DNA from: an uncultured delta proteobacterium
GTDB lineage: Bacteria > Myxococcota_A > Polyangia > Haliangiales > Haliangiaceae
DNA length: 64,000 bases
Reading direction: 5' to 3'
NCBI GenBank assembly: GCA_963848295.1
Contig: CAWKDB010000010.1
Location: forward strand, 192,001 to 256,000
Of the stretch, positions 63,923 to 64,000 are shown piece after piece (the stretch's first letter is position 1; each line of letters starts with the position of its first letter). Both the position numbers and the translations under genes were made by a program. The notes under the pieces were generated by a model that searched no databases, was not told the origin of the DNA, and saw only the letters and a program-made list of their open reading frames with translations.

Positions 63923-64000
63923 CGGCGAACGGGCGTTTCGCTACGCCCGAGACCTACATCACCGACGGCGCCGGTGGTTGTGTTTGCCCGCGTGAGGTCT

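Overview
High-GC bacterial chromosome segment, inferred to come from a myxobacterium (Myxococcota, possibly Kofleria/Haliangium-like). The inference rests on a LonD/BsgA-like Lon, an FHA-GAF-sigma54 enhancer-binding protein, a Hanks kinase, a PP2C phosphatase, several ECF sigmas and RCC1/PQQ-repeat lipoproteins. About 55 CDSs mix housekeeping genes (pdxA, clpX, rnr, dcp, purH, purD, dnaK, lon) with signalling and envelope genes. There is one intact IS1380-family element with IRs and a CTAG target duplication. I saw no tRNA, rRNA or CRISPR array. Main leads: (1) a two-gene unit of a MerR-like HTH protein and a Cys/His-rich protein carrying only sigma region 4, behind a structured leader of about 160 nt; (2) an atypical ECF sigma coupled to a coiled-coil membrane Ser/Thr kinase, divergent from a Pal/OmpA gene that has an ECF-type promoter; (3) TAnnnT -10 boxes 6-8 nt before many start codons, suggesting widespread leaderless mRNAs; (4) a 52-aa Lys/Arg-rich microprotein missing from the ORF track; (5) an 83-85 bp palindromic tandem repeat and a (Pro-Lys)~43 coding microsatellite. 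Frameshifts cluster after 52 kb and may be sequencing errors. All family calls come from motif recognition, not database searches.
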